DNA of 55,993 nucleotides, counting the filler, from Dugesia japonica (Eukaryota): the NCBI GenBank assembly GCA_001938525.1. It is 4 parts of 4 records of this genome, joined end to end, with 100 filler letters (N's around TTAATTAATTAA, not from the genome) between each part and the next. Parts side by side here need not be neighbours in the genome. Positions count along the whole stretch, not along the records: positions 9,949 to 24,667 come from MQRL01582701.1; positions 24,768 to 40,054 come from MQRL01596888.1; 2 more parts are not named here. One strand, given 5' to 3'. Position numbers and translations under genes: made by a program. Positions within the stretch are counted from its first letter, which is position 1; each line of letters begins with the position of its first letter. The notes under the pieces were generated by a model. The model worked only from the letters and a program-made list of their open reading frames with translations, made no database searches and was not told the DNA's origin. Shown in pieces: positions 21,907 through 36,500 of this stretch.

Positions 21907-24633
21907 ATGTTAGGAGAGTTTGGAAAACTCACCGAATCATTAACAACAGAATTCAACTCCATAAATTTATTAAAATAAAAACTAAAACAAAAAAACTAAA
22001 ATAAAAATTCATATTTAAAAATGGAAAATTCTAAATATTTAATTTTATTCTTTTTAAAATATATTTGATTTTAAAAANATACATTAAAATAAACATCTTT
22101 TATTCATTTAATTTTATATTTTAAAAATCCTTAAATTTTAGTAATTTATTTTAAAAATTACTTTCTTGATACAATTTTAAATATACTTTTGATTTTAATA
22201 AATTCAGTTTTCAAAAAAAAAATATTTAAATCTTTTTTTTTAAAAACTATCTTATAATGCGTTTTTTTGAAAACGAGAGTTTTCATATCTCATCCTTTTG
22301 ATCCCTAATTTCCATTTCTCGTAATCTTAATTTGTCGGCAGACATCCACCATGGGTTCTTGTCAGTACCGAAATCACTCCACGAGTCATTCAGAATTTGC
22401 ATGTTATTGGCTGGTGGTGTCTTAAAACTCCATTTATTAAGGGATTTGATCGTTTCTGTTTTCTTGATGATTTGAGTCATTTCTAAGTTACAAGCAGTTT
22501 AAATGATATACATTTAAGCAACCTATATTAGTATAATGATTTAAACTTTCTCGATTTTATTTGAATTTATACAACATGAATTCTTTTTGAGTCAAGAGGT
22601 GAAAACCCATGGTGAATGCTTCGTATCTTATTGCATTCGGGAGTTGACACTTCTCGACTCGATTTTTATTATCAGATTTTATGATTTTGAGTCGCGTGAA
22701 TGGATTTTTTACAAGTTTGTTTTATGATCATCATTATTAATTTACTTTGAGGCATAAACGCGAATCAACAAAAATTATTTTATATTTAATTTCATTTCAA
22801 ACTCTCATGTTCATAAAATATTTCAATTTATTATCAATTTCATCAGTTCAATAAATCAATAAAAATTCCTTTTCCATAGGCAATAGAGGTCCATCAAGTA
22901 TTCCTCCATATTAACTCATTCCGTTGATTCCTCTTTAATTTAAAATAGGGCTTTGTGAATTCTACTCGAATTGTTTCAGTTAATGTTTATAAAATAAGAA
23001 TCTTTCCCAATGCCATCCGTTAAACATATATTAGCGAACTTATTGTTAAATGATAAAAGGCATTTACAAAATTACATTCAATCTGTTAAATTAATATTAT
23101 CTAAAGCATTACTTAATGATAAAAAGTATAAAATTATATTAGTCATTTTACTAGTCCAAATAAATAAATAAATTTAATCAAAGGATATTATTAATTGATT
23201 CAAAACAGTATTATACTAAATCATATCATAATGCAAAAAAATAAAAGAACAATCTTACGACCATCATTATACAATTGGCAATTTTTAATAATTAAAGAAA
23301 AGGCTTGACCCGCAACCATAACATTTTCCTTTTTATTGCAATTTAATAATGAAGAAACTGTCACAATATTAACAAAGCTGATATTTTCAAACTACTTTTT
23401 CTAATTTACAGAGTAAAATTGGTAAAGAAAATGGTATATCTAGAAAATCCTGTTAAAGAATTGTCAAAGCTCTTGTTATATTCATTAAATCAAACTATAT
23501 TGTTTTCAAATTGTCTGCTTAGTCTTTAACAAAATCTAAAGAATACATTAATAATCCTAAAATGCTTCCAAAGCAACTAACATATTTTGTATTTTCATAT
23601 TCTTCTAACTATACATTTTTACTCTTTATTCACTTATATTCAGTGTATTTCGGGAAATTAATTTCTCAGTAAAAGTGAATATTTTATTAATTTAATTTTA
23701 ATCCCTCGTCTTTACTTGAATATTTTGTTAAAGTCTTTCTTGGTGCTCTTTGTAATTCGATACAAATACTAAAATAAATAAGTGGAGGATTCGATTAATA
23801 CCAAGTTATTATAAGGGTTAATTATTTATTTATTGAACCTGACGTGAGTTGATAAATTGTTTCATTCTATCAAACATTTTCATTTATTTACTCCAACGTT
23901 AACACTTATTCATTGTATGAAATTTATTGATTATAGTTATGAAATCACAAATAAATTTAATTCATATTTCTCACAATGATATTTATTTTATCACACTCTT
24001 CTCACACTAGTAGATGAAGAGGTTTAACAGCTTAAGTTTTCAAAATTAAAAACAATCTGAGTAAACGTACAAAAGAAATAAAAGCAATTAATAAAAGCCT
24101 GTCATAAAATACTACAACTCATAATTAAAAATCAGATACACTTCAATGAAATTTTAATTATTTAATAAGTAAACACAATTAAAGAATACTCTTTAACGGT
24201 TTGATTGAAATGGTAAATTGAAATGAAGTTGAAATATTAAAAAGATTTAAGTAAGCAATTTATGAAAATTTAATCTTGAATATTTAGTAATAATATATTT
24301 AATGTAATTAATATATTTGTTATTTTAAAATCAATTTAAAACTGTTATAAAAATTTTAATCATTGATTAGTCTCTGTTATTGGCAATTACTAGTTATCCT
24401 GTTTTCTCTAAACTGGAAGAATGTTGTAATAACATGTTAAAATATTTATTGCGGTGGAATTTAAATTTTATTGATTTTTAATCATTTTATTGTAACGTTT
24501 AACAGATAGTTTGTATTTATTGAAGAATGCTATAAACAAGATGATTGATTAACTTTTACCTTTATAAATCTTGAGAAAATAAATCTATCTCAAGGAATAA
24601 AACTCTAAATAATTTAATTTTAATCACTCGTTT

Positions 24634-24637
<4 letters not shown>

Positions 24638-24667
<30 letters not shown>
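24638..24667. repeat. (TA)n microsatellite at contig end
   Basis: Visible TA run abutting the gap. Confidence 0.9.
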
Positions 24668-24711
24668 NNNNNNNNNNNNNNNNNNNNNNNNNNNNNNNNN
24701 NNNNNNNNNNN

Positions 24712-24723
24712 TTAATTAATTAA
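24712..24723. other. Artificial scaffolding linker TTAATTAATTAA
   Basis: Same 12-mer inside an N run. Confidence 0.95.
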
Positions 24724-26546
24724 NNNNNNNNNNNNNNNNNNNNNNNNNNNNNNNNNNNNNNNNNNNNCAGTGAAAAAAATGACGATGATTTCAATAAAAA
24801 TTAGCTGGTAGAGATGCAGCATCTTTATAAAGCCAATAGATCGCCAATCAAGATAGGAAAATAAATCATCATCATCAATGATAAGGAATCTTAAACAAAA
24901 ATTTATTCTACTATCCTAGTAGAATATTGGGGATGACAAATCAAAAAACTATCATACTGAAAGAGGAAAAGAAAAGTTGATTGGAGTCAGAAAATANNNN
25001 NNNNNNNNNNNNAACAGAAACAACTATGTTAACCAAAGTTGATGGGCGAACCTTGATATTTACGCCCAATTAATTATTCGGATTATGAATTGTAAAAGCT
25101 AAGTAGACAATTTTATTTTAATGAGAATAAATATAAATTAAGACCAAATCAGAGTCCATTAAGAAAGTGAAAGTAACAAGACGATGAAAAATGCAGCAAA
25201 AAAGAGCACAATGTGCCATAAAAACCGTGAGAGTAAAAAGGAAAATAGGAATGAGGAAATAAAATGTTCGTATCTAATAAACATTCCTGGAAGTGGTTTG
25301 TTTATGTAAAAGTTAGCAATAAATTGCAGAGAGATAAATTGTAGTGACAGTAGCATGTAAATCAACAGTATAAATTAAAATACTTTATGAATTGAAAACA
25401 GCAAGTATTCGTAGAAAAAGGCTCAAATGATGACAATTATTTGAGAATAAATCAACACAGTGGACGAATTAGATTGCGGAATTTAAAACAAAAATAATAG
25501 ATAAATGTATCCAATAAAAATAAAGAAAACTGTAGTGTTCAAATTTATTATTTATTAGATTTGATGCTAATAATGTTCCTATATAACAAATTGGATATGA
25601 ACAGATTTAAAGAGTTGAATGGAAATAAAACTGATTAAAGTTAACGAAGATGCTGTATTTGCAGAAAACAAATCATATTGCGGGGTTGTGCTATAAATCA
25701 AAAGATAATTTAAAGCGATGTCTGAAATTTCAAAGCTCATATCATTCAACATAACATAATTAGATAGTATATTGTATAAATTGTGAAGAAGACATTCAAC
25801 ATTAGAATGCGAAAGATCAATGAGATGTTATATGTCTGGATTGTGCAATCAAAATAGAAAATAGTATTGCAAACGTAATAAATCGAAAATATATTGACAA
25901 ATCATAAGAGAATTCGAAAATACAAGAGAATAATTTGGTAACAAGCAATTTAGATGGATAAGAAACTAGTGAACATACCAAGAAATTGGATTGAGGGTGA
26001 CAGAATTTTTTTCTAGATCAACAGTGTCGGTCTTAAATTTTAATTTAGTATCATATATGAAATGGCTGTACATAAAATCAACCAATACAAAATGTAATGG
26101 GTGATAATCATTTAGAAGTCAAAGAAAACTGAGATTCACAAATTTTTCGAAAATGTTGAGAAAGATCAGGAGAATGCCCTAATAAGATCAATCGGTAATT
26201 CTGACTCAAAATAGTAAAGAAGGAAAATGAAGCCCAGTTCCAAGTAATTGAGAAATTATGAAACAAACAAATGTCAGAAGCTATTTTGCATACTAATCGT
26301 CTCCAAACTAAGATAGAATTCTATTTAAATCATATTGGTGACCTGATGTTGGCTTGCCAACGTATACAAAAGCAAGTTATGGAGAGTGTAGTTCATCCCG
26401 ACTTTTACAAAATGAGAAACTAGGATAAAGCAGGTAACAGCCTCGTCTTTGATCTAGAGCAATCTTAGAACCTCGTGAAGTGATAAACGTTGACCATAGT
26501 GGTTNACATCTGTATTTAAAATATAGCTAAAGTTGTTTGAAGTCAT

Positions 26547-26757
26547 TTAACCGATTATCTGATAAAACGTTTTAAATCTATTTTTCTCTTAATTATTCCA
26601 GAAACTCCTGAAAACATTAAAATAAAAAGAAATTGTTATTTATGAAATGCACATTTAACAGAATTATAAACATATTGAACTTAAAACTAAGAAACTTTAT
26701 CAAAAAACAATAAAAAATGTAACGTCCCAATAAGGAAAATTGCAGATAATAGGTTAA
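26547..26757. mobile_element. piggyBac-type MITE with TTAA target sites
   Basis: TTAA-CCGATTATCTG ... CAGATAATAGG-TTAA (11-bp TIR, one mismatch). Confidence 0.6.
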
Positions 26758-27279
26758 AGCAAACCTCATTGAGATTATGAACACAAACTAAAGGAATGCT
26801 GACATGCGCTCTTAGTAGGGGTTATGAGTTGCCGACTCCATTCCGAAAAATATACAACGCCTATTATTCTAATGCACATAAATTGAGCTCCGTAAGTGGA
26901 AACCTCACAAAAATCTAAACATAAAAGATACTGTAGTTAAAAAAAGGAATTGAGACGATTATATTAAACATGAACATCCAGTAAATCAAGACAGGCTATC
27001 ACAAAGTCCCATTGGACCTGGGAAAAAGAAAACAAAATATATATAGTCATTCAATTTAAATCAATATTATCTAAAATTTTTCTTTGCACAACACACTTTT
27101 ATATAAAAGCTTTTCCACGACACATCATTAAAATAATTTTTAAAAAACGTAGTTTTCTTTGAAAAAAATTGAAAAAACTATACAGTTCATTAATTTATTA
27201 TAAAGTGAATTTTGGTATTTCAAAATTTACTATTTCAAACAAATTCCATTTAACCTACTAAAATAATAAATTAATGTGA

Positions 27280-28341
27280 AGGGTGAGACGATTTTCCTTA
27301 GCAAATTATTTCTATACGAAGTCGTATTATTTTCTATACTCATATTTCTTCGCGATACGCTGTTTAGACAAAAGGCTGACTTTAAATAAAAGATTAATAA
27401 ATCTTTATTTAAGCATAATGTCTACCAATCGATATAATGGCGAATAGGTACGGAGTCTATACCGGTCAAAGTATTCATCATCAAAAGATATGGCAAAAAA
27501 TACTTCTGGAGAGATAAACAGAAAATGAATCTCTAAGCCGCTAAAGAATGAATTCGATACAAGAATATACATGAAAGTAAAGTAGAAAGATTTCACTGAA
27601 TGTAAATAAATGTTGGTCCATGCATAAAAAAATAATGTTATTTTGAAGTTCGCGAATAATAGAACTACAAGATCTTCATTTAAACTCCAATAAGCACGCT
27701 CGGTAGGCAATTTGTGATATCCAGTTAACACTTATATGCCAAGAAATTGTTTTAGATCGTCACAGTTGATTGTGAAATTGTATCGATTATTTTGACCCGC
27801 GTATAAGATACTATTTTGTATTATAATATCCATAGCATCTTCATCAAAAGATTTTAAAACAAAATTGAAGGATCGTGGTCTTTGTGTATTTTATAACAGT
27901 TTGCTATCTACTGTGAATGGAGTCGGTAATATCAAAATTCATATTCTAAGTAGGTGAAGTTTCTTTCCAGACTAAAGCGTTAGAATCTTGAAATCTAAGT
28001 TGATTTGATTGTCTTATCTAATGATAAAGTGGCTCGTCATTACTATCTTTCCAGTTTGAAATATCATGGTACGGATGACAAGAAATTACTACCATTGGTA
28101 CATCTTTTGGAATAGTTAAAAAAGTAAAATCCTTTTCATTTCCTTTTTTTCCATCACTCACAATAGCAGGGTCAGGTGGTACCAATAGTATATCGTATAC
28201 CACATCATTGATTTTATCATCCTTTATTGATTCTAGCGCTATTTCAAGTCTTGTAAATTTATTTTGGCTTCTAAAGACGTGGTGGGTTAAAATTGTGGAA
28301 ATTTCATAAATATCTGTAAAAAATGTGAAATTAATATACAA
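27280..28341 (-). pseudogene. piggyBac (PGBD2/3-like) transposase relic
   Basis: SILYAGQNNRYNFTINCDDLKQFLGISVLTGYHKLPTERAYWS; N-terminal LVPPDP...SD. Heavily decayed. Confidence 0.8.
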
Positions 28342-28682
28342 AAGCGCCGGTTGTACCCGCTTATGTATTGTGCAATAAAATCAAACTTAGCATTCAGTAA
28401 ATGAAAAATATCATCAAAATAATAATATTTTGTTTTAATACAGTTTAATTATAGGCAATAATAATAAACATTTAATTATTATTATATTTGAGAAAAAACA
28501 ATGTAAACATCTTACCTGAATAATCTTATTCACTATTCACAACACAAAGCATAAACAATGATATTTTTTATGGACTACTGGCCAATTAAATAGATCATTA
28601 ATATCGCCAAATGCTTTTAATCCACGTTGTAATTTTATATTTAAAAAATTATATACTCATATTTNAAACTTTTGTTAGATAA

Positions 28683-29200
28683 AATGGCAGGCAAAAAGTC
28701 AATTATTCATTCCTGTTTATTATGAGTTTAAGCGTGGGTCTAATGTCATAGTAAGCCTGCAAATGATTTGCCTAGCAGTTGGGGAAGATGCATTACATGA
28801 AAAGAATTGCTCGCATTTGATAAGACTGAACTATTCTATGAAAGGTTTTAATGTTTGTTTGGCGGATCTGAGAAGGAATCTTTCATCATCAGTTTCTAAA
28901 AATAAACAATAACCACTGATATCTACTGTGCTCAATAAGTAAGAGTTTAGGAAAAATTGTTGGAAAAACACCTTGCATTAGTAAACAGAAAGGTTCTTTT
29001 TGCAAGACAAAGTTTGGCCACACATGACAAAAAAGCTACTTGTATGGAAGATTGTGTGCCAATAGATTTTCACGGAGGAAAAAGACATTCAAAGATGAAA
29101 CGGAAGTGTCAGATTTCTGAGTCAGTAAAACTACAGAATCCTATAAAAATGATATAAAAAAGTTGCAAAACCACCAGCATTCTATTAAGATGAATAAATA
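28683..29200 (+). pseudogene. Internally deleted mariner transposase relic
   Basis: IHSCLLYEFKRGSN...ICLAVGEDAL (N-terminal HTH), LLEKHLALVNRK, SYKNDIKKL. Confidence 0.7.
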
Positions 29201-29609
29201 TATCTACAATTAAAAATGTTGACTAACTTTTTTTAAAAAATCCACAACTGATATAACGATTTTTTTAATAAGATCATCCCTTATTTAGAAAACTGGTGGT
29301 AATGAAAATATGCTCGAAACAAGCAAAAACAAAAATTTTTAAAGATAACATTAACAGTTTGAATATAAAATAGAAATGTACATTAAAATTGAAAGTTTTT
29401 CGACGTTCCTATCATTTTCAGAGTCAATTGCTACAAAACAAGAAACTTTAGTATAGATAAGAGGTTCTCGTACTTTTCAAATTTTGTAACACATAAATAT
29501 GAAACAAAAATATATGTACCACCATAAAGGCATTTTGCCATTAAAAATTAATGCATTCTAAATGGAGTGTATATAATCAAAGAATAAAACAATTTCAATT
29601 TGAATAAAA

Positions 29610-30355
29610 AAATAGAAACGACGGCAACTAAATGTTAAAAGGGGCGCAATTTTACAATCATTTAATTTGTTTCTGTAAAATTTGTACCACTAAAAATCTT
29701 GTAATGTACCCCCTATGCTACATGTACCACAGTTGGAGAACCATGGGTCCAACATATAGATCCAACCGATTATTAAGATGTAGAATGAGATATGTTGAAT
29801 AGAATCCAATNNNNAATGTTAACTAGTTACATAATAATACAATGGTACCATATTGACAGAAAATATAAATTAGAATAAACTCGTTTTAAACAAAAAATAA
29901 TTTTTTATTTCAAAATATTATTTAACAAGCAAAGATCAAAACAGTAGTACACTGGAAAATACAGAAAAATAAGAGAGAAAGAATAAAATCCTGAGAATGA
30001 GATTCAAGAGAAAATTCAGATTGCTGTGTCATACTGAAGTCTATGGAATAGCTTATTATATCGGGAAAATTCTTAAATAACAAAATAGAAACGACGGCAA
30101 CTAAATGTTATAAGGGGCGCAATTTTCCATTCAATTAATTTGTTTCTGTAAAATTTGTACCACTAAAAATATTCCAATGTGCTACAAGTACCACAGTTTG
30201 AGAACCATTGGTATAGATCCAACCGATTATTAAGACGTAGAATAGAATCCAATCGATAATGTTAGCTAGATACATAATAATACAATGGAACCATATTGAC
30301 AGCAAATATAAAAATAATTTAGAATAAACTCGTTTTAAACAAAAAATAATTTTTT
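29610..30355 (+). repeat. ~280-300 bp diverged direct repeat (29610-29908 and 30082-30355; partial third copy 31083-31205)
   Basis: Shared aaatagaaacgacggcaactaaatgtt...gtaccacagtt(g/t)gagaacca...gatccaaccgattattaag. Contains a hAT-like terminus. Confidence 0.8.
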
Positions 30356-30552
30356 GATCAAAGCCGCTGTTCTTTTATTTTCAATATTTCAACATAGCCT
30401 TCATCAGGAACAACAAAAATAATTTTTTTAATTTTACAATTTAAACAATAGATTTATCACAATTTAAAATATTTAATTAAAAAAACAAATATTCAAATAA
30501 AAGAAAAGACTTTAATTTATATTTGAAAGAAAAACCAAAAATATGTAAATAT

Positions 30553-33500
30553 TTATCTACGACCGAGTCGATCTTTAACTAGAATTGAATAAATTAATTA
30601 TTTTAGTATAAAACATTGAATACTCGACTGAGCCTTCACATCGATTCTAATTGACTGAAAACTAGAGGTTGTACTTGTTGCTTCTACTTTCCTAATACTC
30701 TCAGTTGTATGACCACTTCGAACCTTGATTCCATCACTTTTCCTAGCAGCAATACAATAGAAAATCGTGAAAAAAACCCAATCGAAAAAATTACATTCTT
30801 TTGACATTCGGTAATTTAAATACACCCATATATGGAAGACTTTTGGGATTACTAAAACATATTGATTCTTCAATGTCATCACCATCAACTTCATAATCGT
30901 TATCATCATTATCATCGTCTTCACCATTTTGATTTCCTAATCTTAAAAACACATTTCCTTTGTTCGTCTAAAAATCAATATAATATAAATTCAATGAAAT
31001 TCTATACGAAAGTCAAAAATTAAAACAATTTTTCGACTTTCTTATCTTTTTTCAGCATAAATTATTATAACACAGAAACAGTAGTATAGATCCAATTGAT
31101 TATTAAGATGTAGAAAATGAAATATGTTGAAAGGAATCCAATCGATAATGTTGGCTAGATACTAACTAAACAGCAATGGTGCCACATGGAGAGCGAATAT
31201 AAAAACAATTGCATGCGTCAATTGAAATTATTGAAGACAAATTCTATAATGGTGGTAGTCTTAATTTAGCTTGCTAATAATGCGTATTATGAATTTACTT
31301 AAATGGTTTGAATGCTTCTTGCCCCAGATCCTACATTTTTGTAAGGTAAATTCATAAATTTTCTTAAACGTTATTTAATAAAAATTTCTTTTTTGATGAA
31401 ATTTCAATTCTAATACATACTCATAGAATAACCATAGTTTTAATATATGAATATAACTGTAAATATTAGTTTTGTTAAGATTTTATATACATTTAAAGAT
31501 TTTTGATGAAATATATGAATTACCGTATTTTTCGGTACATAAACCTTGGCTGTTTTCATTTTAAAATTAAAAATAATAATAATCATAATTATTATTAATC
31601 AGATTATTATTATTATCTGAAAATTATGAAATAGTGTTCTCGCATAGCAATCATTAATATTGAAATTTTAGAAATGAATGAAATATGCATTTGAGAGATA
31701 CTTATTGACTAGGATTATTACAATGATTTACACCAGGAATGTCCAACCTGGGGCCCACTATCGACTCATTAAAATTTTATTTTTTAGCAAATTTATCAAG
31801 TAGTGAGCACAAGAGTCTTTATGTATGTCACTTATCTTATTTTAATGAAATCTCAAATCCGATCAATGGTTAAGTCCAACAATTATTCTCACAATAATTG
31901 TAATTATAAAAGTCTTTATGTAATTTAATCAAAATACTTTATATTTAATAAATAAAATAAATAATTTAAAAAACAATATAATTTTGTTAAAACTAAATTA
32001 ACATTATTGGATTAATTATTAGATGGATCAATTATATTAATGGATTTTTAAATTTTCTTTGATGTTGAAATAAATACATTTTCAGTAAACTACTGCTCAG
32101 TATAGTTTTGCGGCCCAGTTAAATATTTAAGTTTGCAATGCGGCCCNTTAAATTAAAAGGTTGAACATCCCTGGTTTACACGATTAATGACTTTGATAAG
32201 ATTTATAGAACATCTGTAAAATATCAAATATTGTATACAACGCACTTTAAATTTACAAGTGATGGGCTTTTTATTAAATATTCTCATTGATGTTATTCAT
32301 ATAGTATCTACGGAGGGTTGCAGAAGTAGGTATACAGTAGTATCACATCAGTGAAATTAGTTGCACATTAAATAGGATGGACTCATTTATCATAGTTTTG
32401 GTGTCAATATCAATATTTTATCGAAACTAATAAAAATCCATCTATTTTTAGATAAACGTTTTATTTTTTTCAAGTTAAAGTGGTAATTTAACTATGACTC
32501 GTCATTTTTCAACATGAAGAGCAAATGGAATTGAAGACAATACTGGAAGACAAGAATTGCAAACGTGTAATAGATCAGTGAAGAGAAATCGTTGTTTTAC
32601 TAAAATATTTCATTGAAATAAAGTAATAGTTTCGATCGAATTAAATTGTTGCTTTATAGATATTATTCAAATTTTCGATTTGTCTTGTCTTCTTCAGGAA
32701 TANNNNNNNNNNNNNNNNNNNNNNNNNNNNNNNNNNNNNNNNNNNNNNNNNNNNNNNNNNNNNNNNNNNNNNNNNNNNNNNNNNNNNNNNNNNNNNNNNN
32801 NNNNNNNNNNNNNNNNNNNNNNNNNNNNNNNNNNNNNNNNNNNNNNNNNNNNNNNNNNNNNNNNNNNNNNNNNNNNNNNNNNNNNNNNNNNNNNNNNNNN
32901 NNNNNNNNNNNNNNNNNNNNNNNNNNNNNNNNNNNNNNNNNNNNNNNNTTTATTACTGACGATAAGAAGTAAAAGAAATAGTTTTGAGATCATAATTATA
33001 CAGCAATAGGAAAACAAAGACAAGTTTCTTACTCCCAAATAGCGGTACGGATATTGTTGTCATGGAATGAAATAACTATTAAAGATGAGTTTAAAGAAAT
33101 CTTTTTAATAATCTTTTCGAGGTTTTATGCTTATGTATTCATAAAAGTGAAATAGTACATTAACGTGAACACGTAGAATTATCACAAACTGGTAAGAGCA
33201 CAGAATGTCATTACAGTACTAGTCATGATTCGAGACTAAACATGATTGAGTAATGTGATAGGAAGAGACAGAAGAACGAGAACGATTGAAAAGAAGCACA
33301 GTTTTAAAGTTTTTAGAGAAAAATCATGAAAGAGCAAATTTCATGAAAGTCAAGGTCTTCCTGTATTTTATAAAATTATTTTCATTTTTATTTCATTCAA
33401 TTTATTTTTCAAATTATTATTGTTTTAGAAATTTAACTTAATTAAATATTATATTTCAACGTAGAAAATTTAAAATTAGTGAGTGAAGTAAATTCAAATG

Positions 33501-36500
33501 ATCGGGATAAAGGGGAACTAAAGATTCAAATATATGATATACATGGTGCCTACGAGATTACTCGCAGAAAATGGCCAGGAAGAAAGCAGTGGTGTAACTA
33601 GAGTTTTCAGCGTTTTCTCACTCTTAACATTTTTTAAAAATTCCAATTGTTACAATATATTTTACACAATAAAAGTTAATTTAAAAATGAAAAAAACAGA
33701 AAGCAAATATCAAAAATTTCTCAAAAATGCTTCCAAACTTGATATAAAATTTCGAGACTATTCATATATACTACGCACGCACTGAGGAGGTAGANNNNNN
33801 NNNNNNNNNNNNNNNNNNNNNNNNNNNNNNNNNNNNNNNNNNNNGATTCGAATATCTGATATACATGGTGCCTACGAGATTACTCGCAGAAAATGGCCAG
33901 GAAGAAAGCAGTGGTGTAGCTAGAGTTTTCAGTGTTTTCTCACTCTTAACATTTTTTTAAAATTCCAATTGTTCCAATATATTTTACACAATAAAAGTTA
34001 ATATAAAAATGAAAAAAACAGAAAGCAAATATGAAAAATTTCTCAAAAATACTTCCAAACTTGATATAAAATTTCGAGACTATTCATATATACTACGCAC
34101 GCACTGAGGAGGTGGAGGGGGAAGTGGGGAGATTGGATTTAGGAGATTTCGAGTACAGAGAAAAGAAGGGGTCTCTACTAAATTCGTATCTAGGCATATA
34201 TTTATATAGCTTACATAAAAATATAATCATAAGTAGGGCCAGTAAAAAATCGGGATTTTAAATAATAAAATTCAAAAAATCGGCTAAAAAGAAATGCAAT
34301 AATACGGTAATTATTTTGAATAAATTTGGTTTATTTGTGAAGAATATCGGGATCATTTCGATAAAATTACAAGACATGTATTAAATAGATTTTACTTTAA
34401 CATATTCTTATTAAATAAACATTCAAATTCCATTTAATTCCGAAGTTTTTTTAACAACGTAATTGCAGAAAATGGTAGGTATTGAAATACCTATTTAAAA
34501 CACCTCATAAAAGATCCTGGATTTGTAGAAACCTGGAAATAACATTTTATTTTAAATTTGCTAAATATTTGTTTGAATTTTTTCATTTTAAATTTCNNNN
34601 NNNNNNNNNNNNNNNNNNNNNNNNNNNNNNNNNNNNNNNNNNNNNNNNNNNNNNNNNNNNNNNNNNNNNNNNNNNNNNNNNNNNNNNNNNNNNNNNNNNN
34701 NNNNNNNNNNNNNNNNNNNNNNNNNNNNNNNNNNNNNNNNNNNNNNNNNNNNTTGTGTAATAATTTACGAATGAAATGTTTCAAATCATAATCTATACTA
34801 TATTATACTGCTAAATAGATATTTTTTGGAAGTAAATATAAAGTTCGTTCTAAATACATTAATTAATTAAAGTATTATTAAAAAAATTATTTACTAAATA
34901 AACAAAGAAATATTGAAAATTATCCTCGAAAAGGTCATTTAAAACAATCAAACTTCCGATTCTAATATTTGTAAAAATCTTATTATAAGAAACAATATTA
35001 TACTGTTAAAATCAAGGGTAGCCTAAGAACTGCCCGAGTAAGCTTTCTAAATAACTTTTAAGTAGGATGACGATTTATATCGTAACACTGCGGGACAGAG
35101 AGCGTCCATCAACTGACAACTACACTTGCAAGTGCTGCTTTAATCTTAAACTNNNTGTGTGTTTAGAGACTGAAAACATAATCATGCGTTCAGACACGTG
35201 AATAAAATATAATGGATTATAATATTTACATGATGTGAGTTACCTAATTATGTAGACGGAGATTTAATTCCAGGCGAATGGTTGTCCTACTTTAAATAAA
35301 GATTGAAATAACGCTTAAATATTTTGTTATGCTTTGAAGGTCGGGTCACTTCTGATTAAGATTTCTTCTTAATCTTAACATTACTTTAAATATTTTATTG
35401 AATCAAATTATTTAAAATAGAAGCTTCGATCAAAATTTTTTTTTGAGATTAATTCGATATTTCAACTTTTTTAAAAAAGTCAATTCCTGGCGAAGACAAA
35501 GTCAAAATATTAAATGATTCTCAAAAAAAAATTTTGATCGAAGCTTTTATTTTAAATGAATTCTAAAAAACGATCTATGTTTACACCCAACAATTATTCT
35601 CGCAATAATTGCAATTGTAAATCAAATTCAATTAAATAGTCTACTGATAATTTGTAAATAGTATATTTATTGTAATATTAATTTACTCAACAAATAATAA
35701 TTTTAGTAATAATTTATNNNNNNNNNNNNNNNNNNNNNNNNNNNNNNNNNNNNNNNNNNNNNNNNNNNNNNNNNNNNNNNNNNNNNNNNNNNNNNNNNNN
35801 NNNNNNNNNNNNNNNNNNNNNNNNNNNNNNNNNNNNNNNNNNNNNNNNNNNNNNNNNNNNNNNNNNNNNNNNNNNNNNNNNNNNNNNNNNNNNNNNNNNN
35901 NNNNNNNNNNNNNNNNTGCTAAATAAATAATTTATTGAATCAAATTAAATTAAATTGTCTACTGATAATTTGTAAACAGTATATTTATTGTAATATTAAT
36001 TTACACCACAAATAATAATTTTTAGTAATAATTTACGAGTGAAATGTTTCAATCTATACACAATCTATATTATATTGTATTGATAAATAGATATTAAAAA
36101 GTCTGGTCACTCCCGTTTTAAACATTTTCTTAATCTTAAATATTTGTTTGAATTGTTTCAATTCAAGTCTCTCCTTTTTCGCTTAAGTCTAATTCTAATT
36201 TTTATCGATTATTTTGGTATACATTGTTCGAAACAAGCTTTTTTAATGATTTCAATTCTTTGTGCAAACAAGATATGAAAAACTAAAAAAATAGTAAAAC
36301 GAATGTATTTTGACGTCAGGTAAAAATTACTTTCTCAAACTTTGATGGGGTAGAGAAGAAGCAAAGCGAGGGCGATTTCAAAAATATTAATGGGGTAACA
36401 GAAATATGAAAACGTGACAAAAATATAATATATGAAAGCCTCTTATCATATAATTAATTTGGCAAATGTAATTTTCTTCTTTTTATTACTCTGAATAGTC

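Noticed and set aside
24770-26460. Possible highly decayed retroelement pol
   Set aside because: Purine-rich, coding-like composition but no intact diagnostic motif could be read.
33534-34114. ~260-bp direct repeat and 83-aa ORF
   Set aside because: It flanks a gap and is probably an allelic or assembly overlap. The ORF has no recognisable motif.
35060-35095. Hammerhead-like motif (ggatgac-gatttatatc-gtaac)
   Set aside because: Both catalytic core boxes deviate from CUGANGA and GAAA.
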